From positions 1-40,068 of the forward strand of contig JAFCCZ010000001.1 in the NCBI GenBank assembly GCA_017609945.1: a stretch of 40,068 bases of DNA. Reading direction: 5' to 3'. Below, piece by piece: positions 31,879 through 40,068 of the stretch (position 1 is its first letter; each line of letters opens with the position of its first letter). This stretch comes from Candidatus Iainarchaeum sp. Lineage in GTDB: Archaea > Iainarchaeota > Iainarchaeia > Iainarchaeales > GCA-2688035. The notes below the pieces were generated by a model. The model saw only the letters and a list, made by a program, of their open reading frames with translations, was not told where the DNA came from and ran no database searches. The translations under genes and the position numbers were made by a program.

Positions 31879-32701
31879 TCAGTGAAAGGCCAATCGCTTG
31901 ATTGAACGCAATCTGCTTGCCCAAAAAGGCAAAAGAGAGGATTGCGGTAATTGGCTGCGCTAGGAGCAGGATGGAAGTGGCCTTGTGAACCGGAATGTGC
32001 TTCAGGCCGGAGTAGTAAGTGAAAACAAAGAGGAACAGAAGTGATGAAGTGAGCAGCAGCCACTGGATTTGCGGAAATGAAAGCGAAAAGGCGAAATGAA
32101 GCTGGTTTGAGAGGGCAAGGAAGGCAAGAATGAATGCAGATCCAAAGAACATTCTTCCAAACGCAACCACCCTGGCTTGGGTGTCTTTAAGCACGTGCTT
32201 TGACAGAACGTTTTCAGCGGCCCAGAGAAGGGTTGCGGCAAGAACAAGAAGTTCGGGGAAAGCAAAGGAGACCGGGCCAAAAAAGAGGAAGTTGCCTGCA
32301 AACAGGAGCAAAGCCCCTGCCAAAAAACCCTTTGAAATCTTTTCCCTGAGGAAGACAAGCGCTAGAACGGTTGCCCAGATGAAAAGGGTTTTGTGGACAA
32401 AGCCGGCTGTTGCAGGGGTTGAAAGCTTTAAAGCGTAAAAGAACAGGAGGAAAGGAATGCTTCCGCCAATCAGGCCGATTGAGGCAAGCCTAAGCCACTG
32501 GCCCCTTGAAAGGGATTTAAGGGAGCTGGCTTCCCTGAGAAGCAGGAGAAGGGAGAGCAGGAAAACCGCCACAAGCGCGTTCTTCAGAAAAGCGAATGCA
32601 AAAGGGTTAAACCCTGCTACCGCAAAGCTGTTCAGGAAGATTGCGACCCCGCTTACAAGAGCGGTGCACAAAACAAGTAAAATTCCCCTAAGTTCACTCA
32701 T
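31787..32701 (-). CDS. DMT-superfamily (EamA-like) transporter, about 10 TM
   Basis: ATG 32701 (MSELRGILLVLCTALVSGVAIFLN...). Two EamA-like halves, hydrophobic throughout. The ORF-track extension to 33148 overlaps the plus-strand endopeptidase gene and is rejected. Confidence 0.75.
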   Translation of the reverse strand: MSELRGILLVLCTALVSGVAIFLNSFAVAGFNPFAFAFLKNALVAVFLLSLLLLLREASSLKSLSRGQWLRLASIGLIGGSIPFLLFFYALKLSTPATAGFVHKTLFIWATVLALVFLREKISKGFLAGALLLFAGNFLFFGPVSFAFPELLVLAATLLWAAENVLSKHVLKDTQARVVAFGRMFFGSAFILAFLALSNQLHFAFSLSFPQIQWLLLTSSLLFLFVFTYYSGLKHIPVHKATSILLLAQPITAILSFAFLGKQIAFNQAIGLSLIVAGAILVTGFSLVLSTVKRKGVSLAGTRF

Positions 32702-32738
32702 AGAATAGTTTAAAACTAAAAAGCATTTTAAATGTTTC

Positions 32739-33122
32739 ATGAAGCAGGTGTTTGTTGCAGGAAACCCCCTGGTTAAAGAGGACAGCCTTGCGCTGAAGGT
32801 TGCAAAAGAGCTTGGGAAAGAACTTGGGGGAGTGGAGTTTAAGGCAATTGATTCGCTGGCAGAAATTGGAGAAATTCCGGACAACTTATGCATAATTGAT
32901 GTTGCAGAGGGCATTGAAAAAGTGGAGGTAATAAGGGATCTGGGAAAGCTGCAGGAGCTAAAGCTTGTTTCGCTACACGATTTTGACCTTGGAACAGAAC
33001 TGCTTCTGTACAAGAAGATTGGAAAGATAAGGAACGTGGCAATAATTGCGATTCCGTTGGGATACGATTTGGGGAAAGCGGTTGAGGAAACAACAGAATT
33101 AATTAAGTCCAGTTTACCTTGA
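32739..33122 (+). CDS. Hydrogenase maturation endopeptidase (HycI/FrhD/HybD family)
   Basis: 127 aa. VFVAGNPLVKEDSLALKVAKEL, CIIDVAEG and VSLHDFDLGTEL supply the Asp/Asp/His metal ligand pattern of the family. Adjacent to hydA, whose C-terminus has a cleavable extension. Confidence 0.65.
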   Translation: MKQVFVAGNPLVKEDSLALKVAKELGKELGGVEFKAIDSLAEIGEIPDNLCIIDVAEGIEKVEVIRDLGKLQELKLVSLHDFDLGTELLLYKKIGKIRNVAIIAIPLGYDLGKAVEETTELIKSSLP

Positions 33123-34389
33123 GGAAGTGCACGCTGCAGCTGATGCACGGATCATAGGCGCGGATCAGCTTTTCCATCTCAAGAGCCGCCTTTTCCCTTG
33201 GCTTTGAGAGAATGGTTGGAACAAAGTCGTGCAAATCAAGCTCAATGCTCCTAATGTTCTGCTGGGTTGGAATAACCATATTGCTTTCGGTAATAAATCC
33301 CTTCCCGTCAAGAGTGTAAGAATGATAGAGCAGGCCGCGCGGGGCCTCTGTTACCCCAACTCCGGAGCAGGCCTTTGGCTTTATTTTGGGAGCAGGCTCG
33401 TTCCTGGGGGAAAGATCTTTTGCAAGGTCTATTGCCGACTCAACGCAGTGCACCAGCTCAATTGCCTGCGCAAGGTTTGTTGAGAAAGGGCTCTTGTTCG
33501 GAAGCTTTGTGCTGCAGCCCTTCAAAGCCTTTCTTGCTTCTGGATGCAGCTGGTTTTTGTTTAATGCAATTCGCGCAAGCGCGCCAACAACATAATCCTT
33601 TCCGTTGAAAACGGCGTTCTTTGCAGTGCTGTAGGGAACAACAACCTCTTGCAGGTGCTGCATTAGCCCGTCCTTTTCAACAGACGTTTTGTCAGAACAG
33701 TGGATGGCCTGCCCCTCCATTAAAGGGTAATTTTTTCCCTTGAGGGCAACAAAATTTGTTTTTCTCTCAAAAGGGTGCTTTGCGGCAAACGAATCAAAGA
33801 GGTGCACGGTTTCAAGCGCCTTTTCCCTAACAGATTCAAGGCCCTTGAGAATTGCCACCAGCTTTTCCGAGTTCGGGCCCTTTGTAACGTGGCCAACGCG
33901 ATAATTCACTGTGTGATGCGGACGCCCGCCCAAAGCGGTTAAAATGTCGGTGCCTGCCTTCTTCAAATTAAGGCCGTCGTGAATAAAGTGGTGCTCTTTT
34001 TCACCAAACTTTAGAACAGATTCCTTGGCCAGATAGTCCGGCAGGGCAAGCATGTAAAGGTGCAGGGAATGGCTTTTGAGAAACTCCCCAAAAATGCTCA
34101 AACGCCTAAGGCTCTTTGTTTGCTCGCTTGGCTCCACCTCCAAGGCATCCTCAACAGCCTCAAGAGCGGTTGTAAGGTGAGAGCTGCTGCACAGGCCGCA
34201 GATTCTTGAAACAATCAACGGAATTTGGGAGAAATGCCTCCCGTTAACCATGTCCTCAAAAAAGCGGTGGGATTCGGTTACGCGGAACTCGCAGGATTCA
34301 ACCTTTCCAGACCGAACCTTCAAGTCAAGGCTTGCGTGGCCCTCAATTTTTGTAATGTTTTCAATGCTAAAGTCCTCATCCTGGTGCAT
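33103..34389 (-). CDS. hydA: [NiFe]-hydrogenase large subunit, group 3b-type (sulfhydrogenase alpha-like)
   Basis: N-terminal RICGLCSSSH and C-terminal DPCISCSVH Ni-Fe ligand motifs, followed by the short extension FLKVNWT. 428 aa. Confidence 0.9.
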   Translation of the reverse strand: MHQDEDFSIENITKIEGHASLDLKVRSGKVESCEFRVTESHRFFEDMVNGRHFSQIPLIVSRICGLCSSSHLTTALEAVEDALEVEPSEQTKSLRRLSIFGEFLKSHSLHLYMLALPDYLAKESVLKFGEKEHHFIHDGLNLKKAGTDILTALGGRPHHTVNYRVGHVTKGPNSEKLVAILKGLESVREKALETVHLFDSFAAKHPFERKTNFVALKGKNYPLMEGQAIHCSDKTSVEKDGLMQHLQEVVVPYSTAKNAVFNGKDYVVGALARIALNKNQLHPEARKALKGCSTKLPNKSPFSTNLAQAIELVHCVESAIDLAKDLSPRNEPAPKIKPKACSGVGVTEAPRGLLYHSYTLDGKGFITESNMVIPTQQNIRSIELDLHDFVPTILSKPREKAALEMEKLIRAYDPCISCSVHFLKVNWT

Positions 34390-35141
34390 TATTTTTCCTC
34401 CATTTTCTTGGTGAACGGGTCAGGGTTAAAGTAAGTGAAGAGGTTGTAGATTTCTTTTTTGGGGATCCCCATTTCTTGGAATTTCTTCCTGAGCGCTTCA
34501 AAATTCCCGTCCTCTGTGAAACCGCGGCAGCCAATGCACTGGGCTCTCTCGCTTGGACAGAGGGCTTTGCAGCCGGCATAGGTTACAGGCCCAAGGCAGG
34601 GAATTCCCTCAAAAAGAAGGCAGGGGTTCTCGCGTTCCCTGCACTCGCTGCAGACGGGGACTTCCTCAAGCTTTGGGACAATTCCGTGGTAGAGCTTTAC
34701 AAAAACATCAAGGATTTCGTGGGTAAAGGCGGGACAGCCCTGGAGCAGAGCGTCAACCTTCACAAACGCGCTGATTGGAAAAGCCTTGTCCTTAACTGGA
34801 ATTATTGCCTTTCTCTTGAGCTTTTTCTGGATCTCCTTTGGCAGGGCATTCCTAATCCCCGGAATTCCGATAATGGTGGCGCATGCCCCAAAAGCAACAA
34901 GGTATTTGCAGCGCTCGCGAATCTCAAGCAAGTGCTTTTTGTCAACCTCGCTTTCAACGCAGCCCTCCACTATCGCAATATCAAGCTTTTCCCCAGGGTG
35001 TTTCCCGTTGAACAAACGAGCGTCAACAATTTCAACAAAATCAAGGGCCTTGAGGAAATTTTCCTCCAAATCAAACATTACAATCTCACAGCCCTCGCAG
35101 CAGGCGAGTGAGTAAAATCCGGCCTTTAGCTTTTTGGGCAT
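34389..35141 (-). CDS. hydD: [NiFe]-hydrogenase small subunit (delta-like)
   Basis: FYSLACCEGCE, GACATIIGIPG, and C-terminal Cys clusters (CSECRERENPC, CLGPVTYAGCKALCPSERAQCIGC). TAATG overlap with hydA. Confidence 0.85.
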   Translation of the reverse strand: MPKKLKAGFYSLACCEGCEIVMFDLEENFLKALDFVEIVDARLFNGKHPGEKLDIAIVEGCVESEVDKKHLLEIRERCKYLVAFGACATIIGIPGIRNALPKEIQKKLKRKAIIPVKDKAFPISAFVKVDALLQGCPAFTHEILDVFVKLYHGIVPKLEEVPVCSECRERENPCLLFEGIPCLGPVTYAGCKALCPSERAQCIGCRGFTEDGNFEALRKKFQEMGIPKKEIYNLFTYFNPDPFTKKMEEK

Positions 35142-35142
35142 T

Positions 35143-35979
35143 TTACTTCTCCTCCAAAGGCATTTTTGCTAAGTCTACCCCATTGAATACCGGGCCGTCA
35201 ATGCAAGCGTATTTTCCCGCAATATTGCAGTGGGCGCACTTTCCCATTCCGCAGTGCATTAATCGCTCAAGGGAAGCGTAAATCTGTTCGTCCCTGAAGC
35301 CGTGCTTTTTGAGTTCTTTCAGCACAAAGTGAAGCATTACCGGGGGCCCAACAATGCAGGCAATGGAATTATCGGGATTTATTTCTGTTTTGTTGAACAA
35401 AGTTGTTACAGGCCCGCAATTTCCTTTCCAGTCAGGAGTGCACTTGTCAACTGTGAGAAGGACCTCAAGGTTCTCTGTTTGCCCCCATTTCTTTAAATCC
35501 TCCTTGAAAAGAAGGTGGTCAGAGTTTTGGCAGCCGTACAAAAGCTTGAGCTTGCCAAATTCCTCTCTCCTGTCAGCGATTGCATAGATCACCGGGCGAA
35601 GCGGGGCCATGCCACAGCCCCCTGAGATAAATAAAACATTCTTTTTCCTAAAGCGCGCAACGGGAAAGCCTCTCCCAAAAGGGCCGCGCAGCCCAATCTT
35701 GTCCCCCTTCTTTAACTGAAGCATTGCGTGGGTTATTACACCAACTTCCTTTATTGTCAACTGCAATGAATCTGTTTTAAGCGGAGAAGATGAAAGGCTT
35801 ATTGGCATCTCCCCAAAACCAAAAACACTTACCATCAAAAACTTTCCTGGCACAAAGTGGAACCGTTTCTGCTTTTGCCTGTCAACGTACTTTATTGTAA
35901 AGGTCTTTATCTTTTTGGTGTCCTCTCTTACCTCAACTATTTCCGCAAGAGCTGGAGTGGTCAACGAGAGTTCCTTCAC
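35143..35979 (-). CDS. hydG: Hydrogenase gamma-like subunit: FAD/NAD(P)-binding oxidoreductase with C-terminal [2Fe-2S] (AsrB-like)
   Basis: GTG start overlaps the hydB stop (GTGA). Ferredoxin-reductase-type fold motifs (GPFG, FISGGCGMAPL) and CGMGKCAHCNI. Confidence 0.8.
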   Translation of the reverse strand: MKELSLTTPALAEIVEVREDTKKIKTFTIKYVDRQKQKRFHFVPGKFLMVSVFGFGEMPISLSSSPLKTDSLQLTIKEVGVITHAMLQLKKGDKIGLRGPFGRGFPVARFRKKNVLFISGGCGMAPLRPVIYAIADRREEFGKLKLLYGCQNSDHLLFKEDLKKWGQTENLEVLLTVDKCTPDWKGNCGPVTTLFNKTEINPDNSIACIVGPPVMLHFVLKELKKHGFRDEQIYASLERLMHCGMGKCAHCNIAGKYACIDGPVFNGVDLAKMPLEEK

Positions 35980-36980
35980 TTTGAATCGCCCCTAATTGTT
36001 GAAGCTATTTCAGTTAAATCAATTCCAACAGGGCAGACCATAATGCAGCGGCCGCATCCAACGCAGAGGGGGAATCCAAAATTTTCCTGGAAATAGGAGA
36101 GCTTGTGCATTACAAACTGCCTTAATCTGGATTCGCGGCTTTCCCTAAAAAAGAAGTCGTGAGAAACTCTTGTAAAGCGCTTTAACTGGCAGGAATCCCA
36201 GGCACGGAACCTTTCAGAGTCACCGGTGTTCAGAATAAATTTGTCAAATGAAAGAAAGCAGTAGCAGCTCGGGCAAACCTGGGTGCAGGAAGAGCAACTC
36301 AAACACTTTTTGGCCTCCTGCTTCCACTTTTTGTGAAAAAAGTTTTTGTCAAGAATTTCTTTGAGGTTGGTTGTTTCAAGCTCCTTGCTGCATTTGAATT
36401 TTGATTCCGGCTTGGTGAAATTGGTCTGGTTAAATAAATCACGGTACTTCTTCACCAATTGCTCGCCCCTTTCGCTTGCAATCTCAACAAAAAAGCTCTT
36501 TTCCTTTTCAACCAAAAGAAGGTCGTGTCCAACAGGCTTGTCAGTTCCCATGCTCTGGCAGAAGCCGTTCTCACAGGGCTTGGAGCACTGAAGTGCGATA
36601 ATTGTAAGGTCCTCCCGAATCGCCTTATACCATTTGTCCTCAGTAAAGTACTCAAGATAGAGTTTGTCAAGCACTTTGATTGCATGCGTGTCGCAGGAGC
36701 GGACCCCGAAGAAAACCCTCTTCTTATTGTCAAGCAAATGCTCAATTTCAAAGGAAGAACTTTTTTTCCTAAAGATAAACTCTTTTTCTAGGGGTGGGGA
36801 GAGTATTTTTTTGGGTGAATATTGGGTTCGCTCTGCAAGGTAAAGTTCTTGGGAGTTGTATGGAAGAAAGCAGGTTGCGTTGTTTTCGTTGAGAGAGGGA
36901 ACAAAAACCTCTGCTTCCTTAGACAGAGCAGTAAGAAACTCGCCTAACTTTTCTTTCTTCAGCAAAAAATTCTGTTGCAT
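35976..36980 (-). CDS. hydB: Hydrogenase beta-like subunit: 4Fe-4S protein (AsrA-like)
   Basis: CLSCSSCTQVCPSCYCF and CVGCGRCIMVCPVGID. The ATG lies 15 nt after the pgk stop, with a GTGAT SD-like sequence. Confidence 0.8.
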   Translation of the reverse strand: MQQNFLLKKEKLGEFLTALSKEAEVFVPSLNENNATCFLPYNSQELYLAERTQYSPKKILSPPLEKEFIFRKKSSSFEIEHLLDNKKRVFFGVRSCDTHAIKVLDKLYLEYFTEDKWYKAIREDLTIIALQCSKPCENGFCQSMGTDKPVGHDLLLVEKEKSFFVEIASERGEQLVKKYRDLFNQTNFTKPESKFKCSKELETTNLKEILDKNFFHKKWKQEAKKCLSCSSCTQVCPSCYCFLSFDKFILNTGDSERFRAWDSCQLKRFTRVSHDFFFRESRESRLRQFVMHKLSYFQENFGFPLCVGCGRCIMVCPVGIDLTEIASTIRGDSK

Positions 36981-36995
36981 TCAATCACTTTACAA

Positions 36996-38210
36996 TTATT
37001 TGTTCAGAGCCTCTAGCCCAACCAGTGGCTTTCCCGAAACATACTGCAAAAAGGCCTTTCCTGCAAGGGACACGTGAGAAAATTTTTCTTTTGAAAAACC
37101 AGCTCTGTCTGCCGCGGCCTCAGTATTCCCGCCACCAATAACATCATAGACTTTGGACTCAACCATCGCCCTTACAACAGCAAACGTACCCTTCTCAAAA
37201 TTCTTTTCCTCATAGACCCCCATTGGGCCGTTCCAGATTACGGTTTTTGCTTCCTTAATCTTTTCGGAAAACAGTTCAATGGTTTTGTCTCCAATGTCCT
37301 TTATCATAAACTCCGAGGGAAGGTCTTTTACTGCAAGATTCTTTCGCTCGCCGTCTGCATCAACCGCCACATCGGGAGGCAGCACAATCTTTTCGCCAAA
37401 CTCCTCAAGAACTTTTTTTGCGTCGTCAACCAGATCAGTAAACTCAAGGTAATTCTTTTTCTCAATCCATTCATCTTTCTTACCAAACTCTGTTCCCCTG
37501 GCTTTCAGGAAAAGCTCCCCGAGAAGCCCGCCAACCAGCACCAAATCCACTTTGTCGTTTTTCAAAAAAGAGGGAATTAGCTTTACGGAGTCCTCATTTT
37601 TCATCCCCCCAAAAAGAAGCACGCGGGGCCTCCCCTTAACCTGAATTGAGTCCAAGCTCTCCATCTCCCTCTTCAGTGATGGCCCAACAAGGCAGGGCAA
37701 AACAGGGGTAAAGCCAATTACAGAGCACTCATTCCGGTGGCTCTGGGAGAGCGCGTTGTTGCAAAAGTAATCGGCAAGCGGGGCAAGCTGCTTCACAAAC
37801 TCTGTTTTGGAGTAATCCTGCGCTGTCTTGTCATCCCCAAGGTTCTGGTCATCCCTCATTCTAACATTGTCCAGGAAGAGAATGTCCCCGTTTCCCATTT
37901 GCTTTATTGCGGGACCAAAATCCTGCCCCCAATTAAACTGCTTTATCTTTTTTCCAAGCCTTTTGCCGATTTCTGCAGCATGCTGGTCCAAATGCAGAAA
38001 ATCCTTTTTTCCCGGCCTGCTCTGCCAGGTGAAAACAACCAGCTTTGCCCCCCTCCCAGACAACTGCTTTAAGTCCTGCGAGTCGGCCAGAAAACGGCTT
38101 GATTCAGTGTCAATCTTTCCATCAATTACCGGAAGGTCCATCATGGAATGAAAAAGAATTGTTTTTCCCTTAACATCCACATCAGAGACAAATTTGTAAG
38201 CCAATTTCAT
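36996..38210 (-). CDS. pgk: Phosphoglycerate kinase (archaeal-type sequence)
   Basis: ATG 38210 preceded by GGAG. DVKGKTILFHSMMDLPV, LVVFTWQSRPGK, FGGMKNEDS, IWNGPMGVYE and IGGGNTEAAA motifs. Confidence 0.85.
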   Translation of the reverse strand: MKLAYKFVSDVDVKGKTILFHSMMDLPVIDGKIDTESSRFLADSQDLKQLSGRGAKLVVFTWQSRPGKKDFLHLDQHAAEIGKRLGKKIKQFNWGQDFGPAIKQMGNGDILFLDNVRMRDDQNLGDDKTAQDYSKTEFVKQLAPLADYFCNNALSQSHRNECSVIGFTPVLPCLVGPSLKREMESLDSIQVKGRPRVLLFGGMKNEDSVKLIPSFLKNDKVDLVLVGGLLGELFLKARGTEFGKKDEWIEKKNYLEFTDLVDDAKKVLEEFGEKIVLPPDVAVDADGERKNLAVKDLPSEFMIKDIGDKTIELFSEKIKEAKTVIWNGPMGVYEEKNFEKGTFAVVRAMVESKVYDVIGGGNTEAAADRAGFSKEKFSHVSLAGKAFLQYVSGKPLVGLEALNK

Positions 38211-38221
38211 CACTCCAATAA

Positions 38222-38248
38222 GAGAAAAAGAAAATAGAAATAAAAAGG
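38222..38248 (-). terminator. Oligo-T-rich tract between gap and pgk (possible intrinsic archaeal terminator/attenuator)
   Basis: The minus-strand reading is cctttttatttctattttctttttctc, immediately downstream of the gap TAG. Archaeal RNAP terminates at T-runs, but function here is unproven. Confidence 0.25.
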
Positions 38249-38261
38249 AATGGCTTTTTCC

Positions 38262-39266
38262 CTAAAATCCCTTCTCTGCAAGGAAAAGCATGAATTCACC
38301 AAGCAGTGAGGAGTATCCCCACTCGTTGTCATACCACCCAAGAACCTTAACCAGCTTTCCGTTAACCTTGGTAAGGGCACTGTCAAGAACACAGCCGTGC
38401 TGGTTCCCAATAATGTCGGTGCTCACAAGCTCTGACTCAGAGTACTCAAGGTTCCTGCCCAAAGGGCCTTCACTGGCCTTCTTGAAAAGCCCGTTTACCT
38501 CCTCAACAGTTGTTTCCTTCTTCATTACACAGGTAAGGTCTGTTAAGCTTCCCGTTGGGACTGGAACGCGAACAGCCATTCCGTCAAGCTTTCCCTGCAA
38601 ATCAGTAAAGATGGAGGTAATGGCCTTGGCCGCGCCGGTGGATGTTGGAATCATGTTTATTGCTGCCGCCCTTGCCCGCCTTGGGTCAGAGTGCGGTCCG
38701 TCAACAATAACCTGGTCAGCGGTGTAAGCGTGCGTTGTAGTCATAAACCCCTGCTCTATTCCAATGCCCTCGTGCAAAACCTTTACCATTGGAGCCAAAC
38801 AGTTTGTTGTGCAGGAAGCCATACTCACAACATGCTCATTTTTCGGATCATACTTTTCCGTATTGATGTTTAGAACGTACTGGCCGCAAATCGCTCCCTT
38901 TGGAGGCGCACTAATAACAACCTTTTTTGCGCCGGCTTTAAGATGCGCTTTTGCCTGGTCAGGATTCCTAAAAACTCCTGTTGCCTCCAGCACAACCTCT
39001 ACTCCAAGGTCTTTCCAGGGAAGCTTTGCAGGGTCCTTTTCGGCAAGAGACTTTATCTTCTTGCCGTTAACAACAATATGGTCGTCATAGGCCTCAATCG
39101 CCCCCTTGAACTTTCCGTAAACGCTGTCAAAGGCAAGGAGCCTTGCAAGAACGTCATCACTCGTCAAATCGTTTATTGCCACAACCTCAATGCCCTTCTT
39201 TTCAAGCATTGCCTTAAAGGCCTGCCTTCCAATCCTTCCAAAACCGTTTATTGCGACCTTAACCAT
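38262..39266 (-). CDS. gap: Glyceraldehyde-3-phosphate dehydrogenase, type I (bacterial/eukaryotic class)
   Basis: MVKVAINGFGRIGRQAF, the active site SCTTNCLAP, and WYDNEWGYS. Confidence 0.9.
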   Translation of the reverse strand: MVKVAINGFGRIGRQAFKAMLEKKGIEVVAINDLTSDDVLARLLAFDSVYGKFKGAIEAYDDHIVVNGKKIKSLAEKDPAKLPWKDLGVEVVLEATGVFRNPDQAKAHLKAGAKKVVISAPPKGAICGQYVLNINTEKYDPKNEHVVSMASCTTNCLAPMVKVLHEGIGIEQGFMTTTHAYTADQVIVDGPHSDPRRARAAAINMIPTSTGAAKAITSIFTDLQGKLDGMAVRVPVPTGSLTDLTCVMKKETTVEEVNGLFKKASEGPLGRNLEYSESELVSTDIIGNQHGCVLDSALTKVNGKLVKVLGWYDNEWGYSSLLGEFMLFLAEKGF

Positions 39267-39413
39267 AAAACCACTGCAACTATTTAGGATTATGTTCTTA
39301 AAAGGGTTTTTGAAACGCGCAGGGAGTGGGGAAAAGGGTCTTTTTATTCCTTTACGTTTTCAGCAAAGAATAAAAAGCCATCAAGGCTAAGTAATAACTA
39401 TTGGTGTTCCTGA

Positions 39414-40068
39414 TTGCACGAGCTTAGGAAAAGCTATATTCTAAACTGCTGGGTAATAATTAATACCGAGCGGTCCAAACGGCCGCAGGATTTCATAAAG
39501 GACAGGCCAAAGGCCAAGGAGGAAGGGAGTTGCCCCTTCTGCCCTGGAAACGAGAAATTAACTCCGCCGGAGATAACCAGAATTGAGGAGAACGGGAAGT
39601 GGCAGATGCGCGTTTTCCCGAACAAGTACCCGGCTGTAACGCTTGACGGAAACAGCGAAACAGAGAAGGACGGGCCTTTTTTTACGCGGGGAGACGGCTA
39701 CGGAAAGCATGAGATTATTGTGGAAACGCCAAACCACGAGGAGCTGCTTGCCGAGCTTCCGGCTGAGAGAATAAAGCAGCTGCTGGAACTCTACGTTCAA
39801 AGGATTAAGGCGCTTAAGAAGATTAAGGGAATAGAGCATATTGCGGTGTTTAAGAATTTTGGACCAGAGGCAGGCACTTCAAGAAGCCATGAGCACTCGC
39901 AGATTATTGCCTACAACAGGCCAAGCACAAACGTTGACAGGGAAGCCAGGGCTGTTTCATCCTACTGGAGAAAACACAAGAAATGCCCGTGGTGCGAAAT
40001 AATTGAGGTCGAAAGGAAGGGGCCTCGCAGGTGCTTTGAGAACGATTCGTTCATCGCTTTCTGCCCAT
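39414..40068 (+). CDS. galT: Galactose-1-phosphate uridylyltransferase, 3'-truncated by the window edge
   Basis: Hand-translated frame is open from TTG 39414 to the edge: (M)HELRKSYILNCWVIINTERSKRPQDF, zinc motif CPFCPGNE, RVFPNKYPA, and HEHSQII (HxHxQ active site). Not in the ORF track because it has no stop. Confidence 0.8.
   Translation, partial: MHELRKSYILNCWVIINTERSKRPQDFIKDRPKAKEEGSCPFCPGNEKLTPPEITRIEENGKWQMRVFPNKYPAVTLDGNSETEKDGPFFTRGDGYGKHEIIVETPNHEELLAELPAERIKQLLELYVQRIKALKKIKGIEHIAVFKNFGPEAGTSRSHEHSQIIAYNRPSTNVDREARAVSSYWRKHKKCPWCEIIEVERKGPRRCFENDSFIAFCP

Noticed and set aside
32702-33148. N-terminal 149-aa extension of the EamA ORF (track start 33148)
   Set aside because: The extension is Ser/Phe-rich and is antisense to the plus-strand maturation endopeptidase gene. 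The transporter's hydrophobic profile begins at ATG 32701.
34476-35111. 211-aa and 109-aa plus-strand ORFs
   Set aside because: They are antisense to the hydrogenase small-subunit gene, whose Cys motifs validate the minus-strand frame.
39267-39413. Possible tRNA/sRNA or the 66-aa ORF 39190..39390 in the gap-galT spacer
   Set aside because: I could not fold a cloverleaf (no acceptor/T-arm pairing, no GTTCRANNC box). The ORF overlaps the gap 5' end in antisense. The region more likely holds the divergent gap and galT promoters.
1-40068. Mobile elements, integrases, toxin-antitoxin or known defence genes
   Set aside because: I recognised no transposase, integrase or recombinase motifs, no terminal inverted repeats flanking a gene block, and no Cas, RM or Abi-type signatures in any frame I read.

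Overview
Compact, almost fully coding 40 kb window that reads as archaeal. Archaeal markers are an aCPSF1/FttA-type KH + beta-CASP RNase, proteasome beta subunit, Taw1/TYW1, a long archaeal FKBP, a Fap7-like kinase, geranylgeranyl reductase, and TATA-like boxes 20-40 nt upstream of many starts. Small intergenic spacers, many 1-4 nt gene overlaps, a bacterial-type GAPDH and many Cys-rich secreted proteins suggest a small-genome, possibly DPANN-like, surface-attached archaeon; this lineage call is inference only. Left third, mostly minus strand: class B radical SAM + GT2 glycosyltransferase, an acidic membrane-anchored protein, and a large LamG/Cys-rich adhesin-like gene broken by a 1-nt frameshift that carries five 54-aa tandem repeats. 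Middle: FKBP, psmB, aCPSF1, a two-gene secreted Cys-rich protein/HExxH metalloprotease operon, a 546-bp repeat-bearing non-coding region, Fap7, two large envelope proteins, AMMECR1, Taw1, PRC-barrel and a short NFACT protein. Right third: a 1291-aa secreted protein (DUF333-like, Cys modules, Kazal module, 6x tandem domains) with a coupled 68-aa lipoprotein, a ferredoxin (missing from the ORF track) + geranylgeranyl reductase pair, and a group-3b-type [NiFe]-hydrogenase locus. That locus has hydBGDA, a maturation endopeptidase and hypC, interleaved with uncharacterised genes, and sits directly downstream of gap-pgk. A 3'-truncated galT closes the window. I saw no rRNA, tRNA, CRISPR array, transposase or integrase. 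The best candidates for undescribed biology are the giant Kazal-bearing surface protein pair, the unknown genes embedded in the hydrogenase maturation neighbourhood, and the DGYDC-repeat metalloprotease operon. All family assignments come from motif recognition by eye and need HMM or structure confirmation.
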